Source: a virus
Taxonomy: Duplodnaviria; Caudoviricetes
IMG/VR virus record: IMGVR_UViG_3300032360_000041
Location: 1-27,605 of that record
Direction: 5' to 3' (one strand)
Length of the DNA stretch: 27,605 nucleotides
Under the pieces are notes generated by a model. It ran no database searches. It was not told the DNA's origin and worked only from the letters and a program-made list of their open reading frames with translations. This document shows positions 7,891 through 17,866 of the stretch, piece after piece. How positions within the stretch are numbered: position 1 is the first letter of the stretch; every line of letters starts with the position of its first letter. The translations under genes were made by a program, and so were the position numbers.

Positions 7891-7930
7891 ACTATAACAA
7901 ATTAAACGAAAAGGTTGGAGGAAATAGAGT

Positions 7931-9271
7931 ATGAGTGCAATAATCAATAACACATTTCGCAAATTTAACGCGGACAATTTCATTGCTAGTTTTGGTACAG
8001 CTAATATCTATTTAATGATTGGTAAAAATTCTCCGTGGTCTGGAAACAGTTCTGGGGAATATGAAGACGGATCATACTCTGATACTAATGTTCCTATTCC
8101 TATTGATACATCCGTCTCACCATTCATTCATCACGATTCAGGGATTGCTTCAAAACTTATTAGTATTGGAGACGTTTCCCATGTTCTTAAAAGAGTAGAT
8201 TGGGTATCAGGGGAAACTTATGATGAGTATAATCATCTACAGGATGATATCATTGATACAAACTTTTTTGTATTCACTGAAGCTTATCGGGTATATAAAT
8301 GTATTTCAAATAATGATGGGACACCATCAACAGTAGAACCTACTGGAGTAAGTACCGATATTATTGATACACAACCTGATGGATATAGATGGAAGTTTAT
8401 GTATGAAGTAGCGCAAGCAGATGTGTTGAAATTTATTACTACTGATTGGATTCCCGTACATGCACCCGGCGCTGTTGGTACAGATCAAGCAGATGTTGAA
8501 ACAACTGCAGTTGATGGAGCATTAGAACATATCGATGTACTGTCTGGTGGTGCTAATTATAAATGGAATAATGGTACAGCAGCTGGTGGCACAGCAACGA
8601 CAATTACTTTAGATACAAATGCAAATACTACTACAGTTGATTATTATAATGATATGGTAGTTTTTATTTTGACAGGGCCTGGTGAGGGTGAGATTAAAAC
8701 TATTACTGGATATAATCACGTAACTAAAGAAGCAACTGTTAATAGTGCTTGGGTTAATATTCCAACATCAGTTAGTACTTATGAAGTTTCACCTGCTGTG
8801 ACGCTTGCATCGTCTGATGGCAATGGTGCGGTTGCAAGGGTATCAGGAGTTGATACAGGTGCTATTACTAGAATTGATATGGTAAGTGAAGGAACTGGAT
8901 ATCGTTCAGTGGTTACTACAGTTTCAAGTGGTGGTGGTACGGCTGCAGCAATTATAGGAAGGATTGGTCCTCAAGGTGGACATGGTTCAAATGCAGTGGT
9001 TGAATTAGGTGGTGCGTTTGTAATGTTGAATATCAGACTAATAGGTAATGACGGAAATGATTTCCCTGTTGGGAATCATTTTAGAAAAGTACATTTACTT
9101 GTTAATCCGACGACTGGAGATACTACTCCGCCGACTCTTGCAACAGGTACTACTTATGATAGTAATGAAATAGATGAAGATAGTGGAAGTATAATTTATA
9201 CCGAATTCAGAGCACCGATTCATAGACAATCTGATTCAACAGAAGATATAAAAATTGTTGCTGAATTCTAA
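7931..9271 (+). CDS. gp8: Baseplate wedge subunit gp8
   Basis: MSAII..FR..NA..F, RVDWVSG, YRVYKCISN, DGYRWKFMY, PQGGHGSNAVVELG and EDIKIVAEF motifs. Confidence 0.92.
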   Translation: MSAIINNTFRKFNADNFIASFGTANIYLMIGKNSPWSGNSSGEYEDGSYSDTNVPIPIDTSVSPFIHHDSGIASKLISIGDVSHVLKRVDWVSGETYDEYNHLQDDIIDTNFFVFTEAYRVYKCISNNDGTPSTVEPTGVSTDIIDTQPDGYRWKFMYEVAQADVLKFITTDWIPVHAPGAVGTDQADVETTAVDGALEHIDVLSGGANYKWNNGTAAGGTATTITLDTNANTTTVDYYNDMVVFILTGPGEGEIKTITGYNHVTKEATVNSAWVNIPTSVSTYEVSPAVTLASSDGNGAVARVSGVDTGAITRIDMVSEGTGYRSVVTTVSSGGGTAAAIIGRIGPQGGHGSNAVVELGGAFVMLNIRLIGNDGNDFPVGNHFRKVHLLVNPTTGDTTPPTLATGTTYDSNEIDEDSGSIIYTEFRAPIHRQSDSTEDIKIVAEF

Positions 9272-9289
9272 ATAACGAGATAGGAAGAT

Positions 9290-12200
9290 ATGTCAAATAA
9301 AATTACTATAAATCTAAATCAATCACCATACTTTGATGATTTTGATAAGACCAAGAACTATCATCAAGTTCTTTATAAACCCGCATTACCAGTCCAAGCA
9401 AGAGAACTCACTACAGAACAAAGTATCTTAAGAAACCAAATAAAGAATTTTGGTGATCATGTTTTTATGAATGGTTCCAAAGTTACTGGTGCTGATACTA
9501 CTCTTAATTTAGATTTTGAATATGTTAAATTACAACAGCAGTTTAATGCTGTTGATATTGATGTAGCTTTGTTTAAAGGTAAGACAGTAGTTGGTAGTCA
9601 GTCCGGTACAAGAGCTCTTGTATTACATCACGAAGCACTTGATACAGCGACAGGGGATCCAGATGTTCTTTTCTTAAAATATATTACAGGTGGTTCCATG
9701 ACTGAGCAGGTACAAGGTGTTGCAGTTAATGATGGAGGTACCGGGTATTTAACAATACCAACTGTTACTATTTCTGGTGGTGATGGATTAGGTGCTACCG
9801 CGACTGCTACAATTGCTAATGGTTCTGTTATCAGTGTTGACATTACAAGTAAAGGTACGGGGTATACTTCAACGCCTTCTGTTTCGATAGTGGGGGGTGG
9901 TGGTAATGGTGCCTTTGGTACAGTAACATTATCAACAGCTGCTTCTTTTCTTGGCGGTGAAAGAATTAGTGCAGTTGATGGAAGTGTGTCGGCAGAAGCA
10001 TATGAAACCTCACCAACAGGTAAAGGTAGTAGCGCTGCTATTAATGAAGGTGTATTTTATATCAATGGTAATTTTATTCAAATAGCAGAACAACTTATTA
10101 TACTTGATAAGTTTACAAATACACCATCATATAAAATTGGTGTGGGTGTGGCGGAGACTGTTGTTGATTCAGGCACAGATACTACATTACTTGATAATGC
10201 TCAGGGCTCACATAACTTTGCTGCACCGGGTGCTGATAGATTAATGCTTGTATTAACATTATCAAAGAAAGTTTTAACATCAATTGACGATACAGATTTT
10301 TATGAAGTGTTAAGAGTCAAGGATGGTATTAAACAAAAGGATATTACTATTCCAATTTATTCTGTATTGGAAGAAACCTTTGCACGAAGAACGTTTGATG
10401 AATCTGGAAGTTATACAGTAAGGGCTTTTAATATTCAAATAAAGGATGACCCTGATGATGCGACAAAATTTACTGTTAGACTTGATCCGGGTAAAGCATT
10501 TGTCGAAGGACATGAATTTGAAACTATTATTTCTAAAGACTTATCATTAGACAAGGCAAGGGATTATGTTAATGTAAATAATTTTGATCGTCTAATGCAA
10601 TATGGAAATTATGCTGTTGTAAAAGACTATCTTGGATTATTTAATATTACTGAACACACAGAAGTTGATCTTCATAATCAAGCACACGCTAGTACAACTT
10701 TGACAAACCCAACAACCTATGCATCAACTAAAATAGGTACAGCGAGGGTAAGAAATATTGATTATGTTTCTGGTACTGGTGCTGTACAAATTCTTAATAT
10801 GTATTTGTATGATATTAAGATAACTAGTGCTTCTGCAACATTTGCAGATGTAGAGAGTATTATAGATCCAGTAGATCCAGCAGCAACTCCTGTATCGATA
10901 TCAGCTGGTACAAATATTGATGATAGCGGTAAAGAGGGTGGTACTTCTGGAGGTGATGCTAAGATGTTTGAGACATCTGATAATCGTTTAGTATTTAAAC
11001 TTCCTCAAGAAACAATTAAAACGATTCGCGATGATACGGGAGTTATTGATACTAGTTATACAATAAGAAGAGTTTTTGAAAATGTAGTCTTTGCTGGTGG
11101 TATAGCTACTATTGCAACAGGTGGTTCTACAGAAACATTTTTAGGAAGTGGTGCTTTAAGTGATAGTAATAAAAAAGAATTTTATACAACAACTATACGA
11201 ACTGTTGGTACTTCAGGATTAACATTTGGAGAATTAGTTGCCTTTGATGGTGGCGGCCAATCCATAACAGTTAATGCACCGAGTAATACTACTGTTACCT
11301 TTAACGATAATAGTGGCTCTAGTAGTTTTACAGCAGATATTATTGCAACAATTAATATTGATTCTAAACAGGAAAAGGTTAAGACGCTTGTACCAAGTAA
11401 TCTATTAATCAATGCAACTCCAAATACAACAAATTTAGAATATGATGATTTAGCAATTTCGGATATCTATAAATATCATGCAGTATTTGATTCTGGAGAT
11501 CCTGCCATAGATCCAGTATTACCAACATTAACAGTAACCACTACAATTGATTCATACCTAGCTGGTGAAATAATTACTGGTGCAACATCAGGTGCTACAG
11601 GAATTGTTATAGAAGGAGATGTGGCCACAACACCAACTGAAATTACTTACGTTCCTTTGACTGGAATTTTTGTTGAAGAAAATATTAGCGGTGCTATTGC
11701 GGGCTTTAGTAAAGACGTAACTAACGTGGCAGAAGGTGATGCAAATATAACATCACGATATGAATTAGATGATGGTCAACGAGATAATTTTTATGATCAT
11801 GGAAGAATAAAATTAAAAGCAGGTCAGACTGCTCCAGTTGGAAGAATTACAATTGTGTTTGATTATTTTACACATGCAGGTGTGGGTTATCTTTCTACTG
11901 ATTCATATACTTCAGCAGTTGGATATGATGCCGTTCCAGCATTTACAAGTCCTGTAACTGGTGATACAGTAGAGCTACGTGATTGTGTAGATTTTAGACC
12001 GAGAAGGATAGATGGTGGAACTGCTTTACAAAATATAGAATTGCCATATCCTAATACTAACTGGTCTGCTGATTATAGTTATTATCTTCCAAGAGTAGAT
12101 AATGTTTATTTAAGTAGAGAAAAAGTATTTGGTGTAAATCAAGGTGTTTCATCATTACATGAAATACCTCCATACCGATTAAATGGAACAATGGATTTAT

Positions 12201-14671
12201 ATACTATCTTTATTCCTGCTTATACATTTAAAGCAAAAGATGTTCAGGCATTATATATTGAGAACAAACGATATACGATGAGGGACATTGGTAAATTAGA
12301 AAAGCGATTAAGTAATGTTGAATATTATACTTCACTTTCATTACTTGAAAAGGAAGCTGAATCATTAGTAATAAAAGATACGGCTGGATTAGATAGATTT
12401 AAAAATGGTATTTTAGTTGATAGTTTTAATGGTCATAGTATTGGTAATATATTATCACCTGACTATAAATGTTCAATTGATTTTGATGCTAAAATATTAA
12501 GACCACCTTTTGCATCAAACCTTACAGACCTATTATATATGGTAGCACCTGATTCGGTTGGTGTACAAAAGACAGGTGATTTAGTTACCTTGCCATATAC
12601 TATTAAGGAATTCATTGATCAACCCACCGCAAGTAAATCTGTTAATATTAATCCCTTTGCTGTATTGGCATGGATCGGAGTCGTTGAGTTAGACCCACCA
12701 AATGATAATTGGATTGATACAACTACTAGGCCGGATGTTATTGTTAATCTGCAAGGTGAAAATGATGGTTGGGCTGCTCTAGTTGGTTTAGGGTTTGGTT
12801 CACAATTTAATGATTGGGAAACTATTAATGGTACAGGAAGGGAAACTGTTACTGCATCTAGTACTAGACGAGCAGGTCTAGCTGTTGTACGAGATCAAAC
12901 AGTTATCAATCAGGTACTACAAACACGAACAGGTATCAGAAATGAAATCACTGGTGTTGATACTGTTCGAAATAGTATTGGTGATAGAGTTGTTGATGTT
13001 TCCATCATTCCTTTTATTAGAGCAAGAGATGTAATTATATCTGTAACAGGAATGAAACCTAATACAAAAGTTTATCCATTCTTTGATAGTGAAGATGTGG
13101 CGTTATATTGTACACCGTCCGGTGGTGTTATGGCTGATGATATCTATACTGATGATTCTGGTTCAATTAGTAATCTAACTTTTTCAATTCCAAATTCTAA
13201 TACAATAAGATTTAGAACTGGTGAGCGACAATTTCTTTTAGTTGATAATATACAAGGTGATTTAATTACTGCTTCAACCTATGCAGAGGTAACATATCAA
13301 GCACAGGGGTTATTACAAACACAAGAAAATGTTATTGTTGCAACGAGGGTTCCAAGAGTACAACAATTTGGTATGGGTTCAGCAACAGACTTCAGAACAC
13401 AATCAAATACATTTACAAGATCAAATATTATTGGATGGGTTGATCCTCTGGCAGAAACATTTTTGGTTGATCAGACATTATACCCAGATGGTATATTTAT
13501 TAGTGATGTTGATTTGTATTTCAAAACAAAAGATTCAGATGGTTTGCCAGTCTCATTACAGATTAGGGATACACTAAATGGATATCCTGCACAAAGTGTT
13601 TTACCATTTTCTGATGTTAGCTTAACTCCTGATCTAGTTAATACTAGTGAAGATGCAAGCGTGGCAACGAAGTTTACATTTCCTGGCTTGGTTTATTTGC
13701 AGCCCGGTGAATATGCAATTGTTGTATTAAGTAATAGTTTAAAATACGAAGCATATATTGCTGAGCATGGTGAAAATATAATTGGTACTAATAGAAAAGT
13801 TTCTTCACAACCCTATGCGGGTTCATTATTTAAATCACAAAATGCTTCTACATGGACTCCTAATCAAAATCAGGATTTGACTTTTAAAATTAACAGAGCT
13901 GATTATACTATTAATACAACTTCATATGCAGTATTTAGAGACGGCACTTCACCAGTAGAATATAAAGCAGATATTATTCAGATTGTACCTGAAGAGATTG
14001 TGATGAATAATACTTCGATTAATTGGGGTGTAAAACTTACTGATGTTGGTTCGGTTACTTTGGATGCAGAGTATACGAATGTTGTTCAAAAAACAAATCA
14101 TAAGTTAGCTGCACAAAGAAGAATAACTACAGGCGCGGGAAGTTATGAAGCAAGAGCAATTATGACAAGTAATAATTCACATATTTCACCTGTTATTGAT
14201 ACAGCAAGGAATAGTGTAATTACTATTGAGAATCTTATAAATAATGACACGACAAACGAGACTGATGCGGAAGGTGGAAATTCAATTGCAAGATATATTA
14301 CAAGACGGGTTAATCTTAAAGATGGATTTGATGCAACTGATTTAAATGTACATCTAACTGCAATCAGAGAAGCAGGAAGTACTATAACAGTTTATTATAA
14401 AGTCCTATCACAATTTGATACGGACACTTTTGATAATAGACCTTGGACAGAAATGGGTGAAGTATCAAATCTTAATTCTGTTTCTGGATCTGATGCAGAT
14501 ATAGAATATTTAGAATTAGAATTTTCACCTGCTGGTATTAACGCAAATTATATTTCGAATCTTGTTACTTATAATTCATTTAAAACCTTTGCAATCAAAG
14601 TTGTAATGACATCTGCTAATACGACAAGAGTACCTTTGATTAGGGATCTTCGAGTTATTGCATTAGCTTAA
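9290..14671 (+). CDS. Large virion structural protein, DUF4815/VrlC-like
   Basis: LNQSPYFDDFD..KNYHQVLYKPALPVQARELT, APGADRL, ARRTFDESG, RYTMRDIGKLEKR, DRFKNGILVDSF, DPLAETF, GSLFKSQNASTW and DLRVIALA motifs; typical position after gp8. Confidence 0.88.
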   Translation: MSNKITINLNQSPYFDDFDKTKNYHQVLYKPALPVQARELTTEQSILRNQIKNFGDHVFMNGSKVTGADTTLNLDFEYVKLQQQFNAVDIDVALFKGKTVVGSQSGTRALVLHHEALDTATGDPDVLFLKYITGGSMTEQVQGVAVNDGGTGYLTIPTVTISGGDGLGATATATIANGSVISVDITSKGTGYTSTPSVSIVGGGGNGAFGTVTLSTAASFLGGERISAVDGSVSAEAYETSPTGKGSSAAINEGVFYINGNFIQIAEQLIILDKFTNTPSYKIGVGVAETVVDSGTDTTLLDNAQGSHNFAAPGADRLMLVLTLSKKVLTSIDDTDFYEVLRVKDGIKQKDITIPIYSVLEETFARRTFDESGSYTVRAFNIQIKDDPDDATKFTVRLDPGKAFVEGHEFETIISKDLSLDKARDYVNVNNFDRLMQYGNYAVVKDYLGLFNITEHTEVDLHNQAHASTTLTNPTTYASTKIGTARVRNIDYVSGTGAVQILNMYLYDIKITSASATFADVESIIDPVDPAATPVSISAGTNIDDSGKEGGTSGGDAKMFETSDNRLVFKLPQETIKTIRDDTGVIDTSYTIRRVFENVVFAGGIATIATGGSTETFLGSGALSDSNKKEFYTTTIRTVGTSGLTFGELVAFDGGGQSITVNAPSNTTVTFNDNSGSSSFTADIIATINIDSKQEKVKTLVPSNLLINATPNTTNLEYDDLAISDIYKYHAVFDSGDPAIDPVLPTLTVTTTIDSYLAGEIITGATSGATGIVIEGDVATTPTEITYVPLTGIFVEENISGAIAGFSKDVTNVAEGDANITSRYELDDGQRDNFYDHGRIKLKAGQTAPVGRITIVFDYFTHAGVGYLSTDSYTSAVGYDAVPAFTSPVTGDTVELRDCVDFRPRRIDGGTALQNIELPYPNTNWSADYSYYLPRVDNVYLSREKVFGVNQGVSSLHEIPPYRLNGTMDLYTIFIPAYTFKAKDVQALYIENKRYTMRDIGKLEKRLSNVEYYTSLSLLEKEAESLVIKDTAGLDRFKNGILVDSFNGHSIGNILSPDYKCSIDFDAKILRPPFASNLTDLLYMVAPDSVGVQKTGDLVTLPYTIKEFIDQPTASKSVNINPFAVLAWIGVVELDPPNDNWIDTTTRPDVIVNLQGENDGWAALVGLGFGSQFNDWETINGTGRETVTASSTRRAGLAVVRDQTVINQVLQTRTGIRNEITGVDTVRNSIGDRVVDVSIIPFIRARDVIISVTGMKPNTKVYPFFDSEDVALYCTPSGGVMADDIYTDDSGSISNLTFSIPNSNTIRFRTGERQFLLVDNIQGDLITASTYAEVTYQAQGLLQTQENVIVATRVPRVQQFGMGSATDFRTQSNTFTRSNIIGWVDPLAETFLVDQTLYPDGIFISDVDLYFKTKDSDGLPVSLQIRDTLNGYPAQSVLPFSDVSLTPDLVNTSEDASVATKFTFPGLVYLQPGEYAIVVLSNSLKYEAYIAEHGENIIGTNRKVSSQPYAGSLFKSQNASTWTPNQNQDLTFKINRADYTINTTSYAVFRDGTSPVEYKADIIQIVPEEIVMNNTSINWGVKLTDVGSVTLDAEYTNVVQKTNHKLAAQRRITTGAGSYEARAIMTSNNSHISPVIDTARNSVITIENLINNDTTNETDAEGGNSIARYITRRVNLKDGFDATDLNVHLTAIREAGSTITVYYKVLSQFDTDTFDNRPWTEMGEVSNLNSVSGSDADIEYLELEFSPAGINANYISNLVTYNSFKTFAIKVVMTSANTTRVPLIRDLRVIALA

Positions 14672-14672
14672 T

Positions 14673-14876
14673 ATGGAAGTTGAACAAACAAAATATATAA
14701 GAGATAAAAATTCAAAGGCTATTTTGCAAAGTGATAGAATAGCTTTGGATAATTATCGGATGGCGAAGAAGCAAAAAGAATTAGAGATAAATGTTATAAA
14801 TACTTTGGTAAATGATGTTGAAGAATTAAAGAATACAATACGTCAGTTACAGAATGACAACAAAAAAAGGAAATAA
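14673..14876 (+). CDS. Small coiled-coil protein following the DUF4815 gene
   Basis: RDKNSKAIL..D..AL..Y followed by a heptad-like C-terminus; tightly packed between neighbours. Confidence 0.75.
   Translation: MEVEQTKYIRDKNSKAILQSDRIALDNYRMAKKQKELEINVINTLVNDVEELKNTIRQLQNDNKKRK
14795..14802 (+). promoter_or_regulatory. T4-type late promoter (inside the small ORF)
   Basis: TATAAATA about 80 nt upstream of fibre gene 14880. Confidence 0.55.
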
Positions 14877-14879
14877 ACA

Positions 14880-15968
14880 ATGGCAAAGCTAGTCAAAAGA
14901 CGAAGGGGCACAACAGTAGAACATAATACCTTTATTGGTGCTGAGGGTGAAATTACTATTGATTTGGATAAGGCTACTGTAGTTGTCCATGATGGTAATA
15001 CTATAAAAGGCTTTCCATTGGCACGTGAAGATTTATCTAATGTTGATCTTGTTAATAAAATTGGTATTGTAGAATTAGATTTACAAGATGGACTTCTTAA
15101 CCAAGTACTTCAAACTGATGGTGCAGGTACTTTATCTTTTACTACGGTGGATGCATCAACAGCTGTTGTCGGTGGTGATCTTTCTGGTACTGTTGCAAAT
15201 GCACAAATTATAGCCAATGCAATAACAGGAACTGAATTGGCTGACAATACGGTAACATCTTTAAAAATTGTTGATAATGCAATAACATCTTTAAAAATTG
15301 TTGATGATGCAATAACAAATGATAAGATTATAAACGATGCTATAACGACTGGAAAAATTATTGACAATGCTGTAACGGGTGATAAGATTCCAGACAATAC
15401 AATTGATAGTGATAAAATTACATCTAATGCTATAACGACAATTAAAATTTTAGATAGTAATGTTACAGAACAGAAATTGGCAACTAATGCTGTTAGTACT
15501 ATAAAGATTGGGGATCAACAAGTAACTGATATTAAAATTGTTGATATGCAAGCAACTAAATTAACTGGTGCATTACCTGCACTTGATGGAAGTCTAATAT
15601 TCAATCTTCCTTATGATATGGCTTTCACTGGTGGGTATGATGCGGACATGGCAGTAATAGATATGGTCGCGCCTGGTAATTATGGTCAGTTGGTTATGTC
15701 TCGTTCGGGATCGTTCGTTGGTGAAGAAGGTTATGCTGATACCGCACCAACAGGTACTACTATGATTTTAGATATATTAAAAAATGGTTCATCAATTTAT
15801 TCAACAAAACCAATTTTTGGTAGTGGAAGCAACTCGTTGACTAATGGTATTTTGAATCCTGCAAACGTAGGTTTTGTATCGGGTGATAGAATTACATTTA
15901 AGACTACACAGGTTGGAAGTTCCACTGCCGGTGGAGGTGTTAGATTCACACTAAACGGAAAGGTTTAA
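14880..15968 (+). CDS. Fibre protein with Mtd_N-like N-terminal domain, decapeptide shaft and C-terminal beta domain
   Basis: KRRRGTT..H..F.GAEGEITIDLDK.TVVVHDG...GFPL, then about 11 repeats of I.DNAIT..K. Confidence 0.8.
   Translation: MAKLVKRRRGTTVEHNTFIGAEGEITIDLDKATVVVHDGNTIKGFPLAREDLSNVDLVNKIGIVELDLQDGLLNQVLQTDGAGTLSFTTVDASTAVVGGDLSGTVANAQIIANAITGTELADNTVTSLKIVDNAITSLKIVDDAITNDKIINDAITTGKIIDNAVTGDKIPDNTIDSDKITSNAITTIKILDSNVTEQKLATNAVSTIKIGDQQVTDIKIVDMQATKLTGALPALDGSLIFNLPYDMAFTGGYDADMAVIDMVAPGNYGQLVMSRSGSFVGEEGYADTAPTGTTMILDILKNGSSIYSTKPIFGSGSNSLTNGILNPANVGFVSGDRITFKTTQVGSSTAGGGVRFTLNGKV
15207..15545 (+). repeat. 30-nt/10-aa tandem shaft repeats
   Basis: IIANAITGTE/LADNTVTSLK/IVDNAITSLK/IVDDAITNDK etc. 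TAACATCTTTAAAAATTGTTGAT is exactly repeated at 15253 and 15283. Confidence 0.85.
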
Positions 15969-15972
15969 TTAA

Positions 15973-16815
15973 ATGAGTTTTTTATTATCCCCGCAACATA
16001 TAGGTAGAGCTGGATCAAGTTTTGAGCTTGAATGTGGTGGAGGTGGGCAAGAGAATTTTTATAGTGCTGGAGGAGTTAATTATAAGTCTTGTACTTTTCT
16101 TACTACAGGCACGTTAACCGCTAGCGGTGAAGGTCTTGTTGATGTTATGGTTGTATCCGGCGGAGGTGGTGGTTCACCGGGGACGAGCTCACCAGAAGGT
16201 GGTTTTTTTGGTGGAGGCGGCGGCGCAGGTGGGATGGTTGTGCAAACAGGTTTAACTATTTCAGAAGGTTCGGGAACTGTTATAGTGACAGCTGGCTCTG
16301 CGACAGGAATACATGGTCAGGATTCTTCTATTCCTTCAAACATAATTACATCAACTGCTTCAATTGGTGGAGGCGCTCAAGCACAAGTTGGTGGTTCAGG
16401 CGGGGGAGCAAATACTGGAAATCACGGCGGAGTCGGTGGAGCAGCAGGAACACCGGGTCAAGGAAATCCGGGTGGCTCAAGTTCTGATAGAGATAGTAAT
16501 AGTCAAGGTGGCGGCGGCGCTGGCGGAGGCGCTGGAGCTGCGGGTGGACCTAGTAGCCGTACTTCTTCGGGGGCGGGTGGCGATGGTTTACAAAACACTT
16601 ATAGAACTGGTACTGCTATTTGGTATTCAGGAGGCGGAGGAGGAAGTACAGGTCATTATGGAATCCAAACTCGAGGCGCGGGCGGTCAAGGCGGCGGAGG
16701 TAGTAATACAAGTTTTAATGGAGAACTTAATACTGGCGGCGGTGGATGCGCAGGAACGGGAGCTGGTGGTTCTGGGATTGTTGTTATAAGATATAATATG
16801 TCACAGCCAGGATAA
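15973..16815 (+). CDS. Glycine-rich adhesin / fibre tip protein
   Basis: V.V.GGGGG...GGGGAGG, YSGGGGG and NTGGGG...GGSGIVVIRY polyglycine-domain pattern. Confidence 0.8.
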   Translation: MSFLLSPQHIGRAGSSFELECGGGGQENFYSAGGVNYKSCTFLTTGTLTASGEGLVDVMVVSGGGGGSPGTSSPEGGFFGGGGGAGGMVVQTGLTISEGSGTVIVTAGSATGIHGQDSSIPSNIITSTASIGGGAQAQVGGSGGGANTGNHGGVGGAAGTPGQGNPGGSSSDRDSNSQGGGGAGGGAGAAGGPSSRTSSGAGGDGLQNTYRTGTAIWYSGGGGGSTGHYGIQTRGAGGQGGGGSNTSFNGELNTGGGGCAGTGAGGSGIVVIRYNMSQPG

Positions 16816-16827
16816 TAAATTAAATAA

Positions 16828-17448
16828 ATGAAATTTATATCATGTACAAAAAATAAAGCATTTCCTTTTTTATTAGTTGATAATTTTTATACATTAACTG
16901 AACAAGATTTAATTTGGAAAGAGCTCGAATCGTATCAGCACTTATTTAAAGTAGATACTAAGACAAACGGACAAGGTGTTGCTACAAAAGATGATAAGCC
17001 ATTAGCAAATTTAAAAAGAATTTATTTGGAAGAACTATATCCATTTCCTGATGATAGACAACATTCAAATATATTAACAGCATATAGAAAAATAATATCA
17101 AAAGAAGTTATAGAGAATTATAAAAAGACTACACCGGCAGGTAAACAATTTGAAATAACTGGTAGTGATTGTACCTTAATTAATTATTATGATGATTCAA
17201 ATAGTTATGGTGAACATTTTGATTCATTTATGCATACTGTGTTTGTGTGGTTTTATAAAGAACCAAAAAGATTCAAAGGTGGAAATTTAATATTCTCTGA
17301 ATCAAATGAAACAGTTGAATGTATACATAATAGGATGTTAATGTTTCCAAGTTATTATTTACATGAGGTAACGGAAATACAAATGGAAGAAGAATATAAA
17401 AACAAAGGATTAGGTAAGTATTGCATAACACACTTTTACAGTAAATAA
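16828..17448 (+). CDS. 2OG-Fe(II) oxygenase (prolyl-hydroxylase-like)
   Basis: Y...YGEHFD (HxD), FKGGNL.F, NRMLMFPS..LHEV (distal His), then a basic residue in GKYCIT. Confidence 0.88.
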   Translation: MKFISCTKNKAFPFLLVDNFYTLTEQDLIWKELESYQHLFKVDTKTNGQGVATKDDKPLANLKRIYLEELYPFPDDRQHSNILTAYRKIISKEVIENYKKTTPAGKQFEITGSDCTLINYYDDSNSYGEHFDSFMHTVFVWFYKEPKRFKGGNLIFSESNETVECIHNRMLMFPSYYLHEVTEIQMEEEYKNKGLGKYCITHFYSK

Positions 17449-17451
17449 CAT

Positions 17452-17853
17452 ATGGCACACTTTGCTAAAATAGATGAGAATAATGTCGTTGTACAAGTAC
17501 TTGTTGTTGAACAAGATTTTATTAATACGGGTCGTTTAGGTGATCCTGCTGATTGGATTCAAACTTCATACAATACGTATCATGGTGAACATGTACTTGG
17601 TGGAACACCTTTAAGACAAAATTATGCAGGAGTTGGTTATACATATGATGCAGAAAGAGATGCTTTCCTTCCACCGAAACCATTTGCGTCTTGGTTATTA
17701 GATGAGAGTATATATGATTGGAAGGCACCCATACAACGACCTGATGATGGTAAAATATATCATTGGAACGAAGAGATTGAAAATTGGTCGGAAACAAACG
17801 AGGATAGTGGCATACGGCCGCCAGAGCAATGGTCTGGACATCCTGATTATTAA
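17452..17853 (+). CDS. Conserved phage protein (MAHFA family), likely partner/chaperone of Gly-rich fibre tips
   Basis: MAHFAKID..NVV.QV, WIQTSYN, RQNYAGVGYTYD..RDAF.PPKPF.SW and W.AP...P.DG..Y.W motifs. Confidence 0.7.
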   Translation: MAHFAKIDENNVVVQVLVVEQDFINTGRLGDPADWIQTSYNTYHGEHVLGGTPLRQNYAGVGYTYDAERDAFLPPKPFASWLLDESIYDWKAPIQRPDDGKIYHWNEEIENWSETNEDSGIRPPEQWSGHPDY

Positions 17854-17866
17854 AGAGGAAAATTAA

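Noticed and set aside
7863-7898. Sigma70 promoter from TTGACA before gp8
   Set aside because: No good -10 hexamer at 16-18 nt spacing; the TATAAATA late motif explains the site.
11468-11475. TATAAATA inside the 1793-aa gene
   Set aside because: Mid-gene with no nearby downstream start; plausible by chance in AT-rich DNA.
14880-15050. Diversity-generating retroelement suggested by the Mtd_N-like domain
   Set aside because: No reverse transcriptase, C-type lectin variable region or TR/VR pair in the window; Mtd_N is only an anchoring domain.
16364-16789. 141-aa alternative-frame ORF in the Gly-rich gene
   Set aside because: A frame-shifted shadow of GGN codon runs (V/A/E-rich); the locally high GC content suppresses stop codons.
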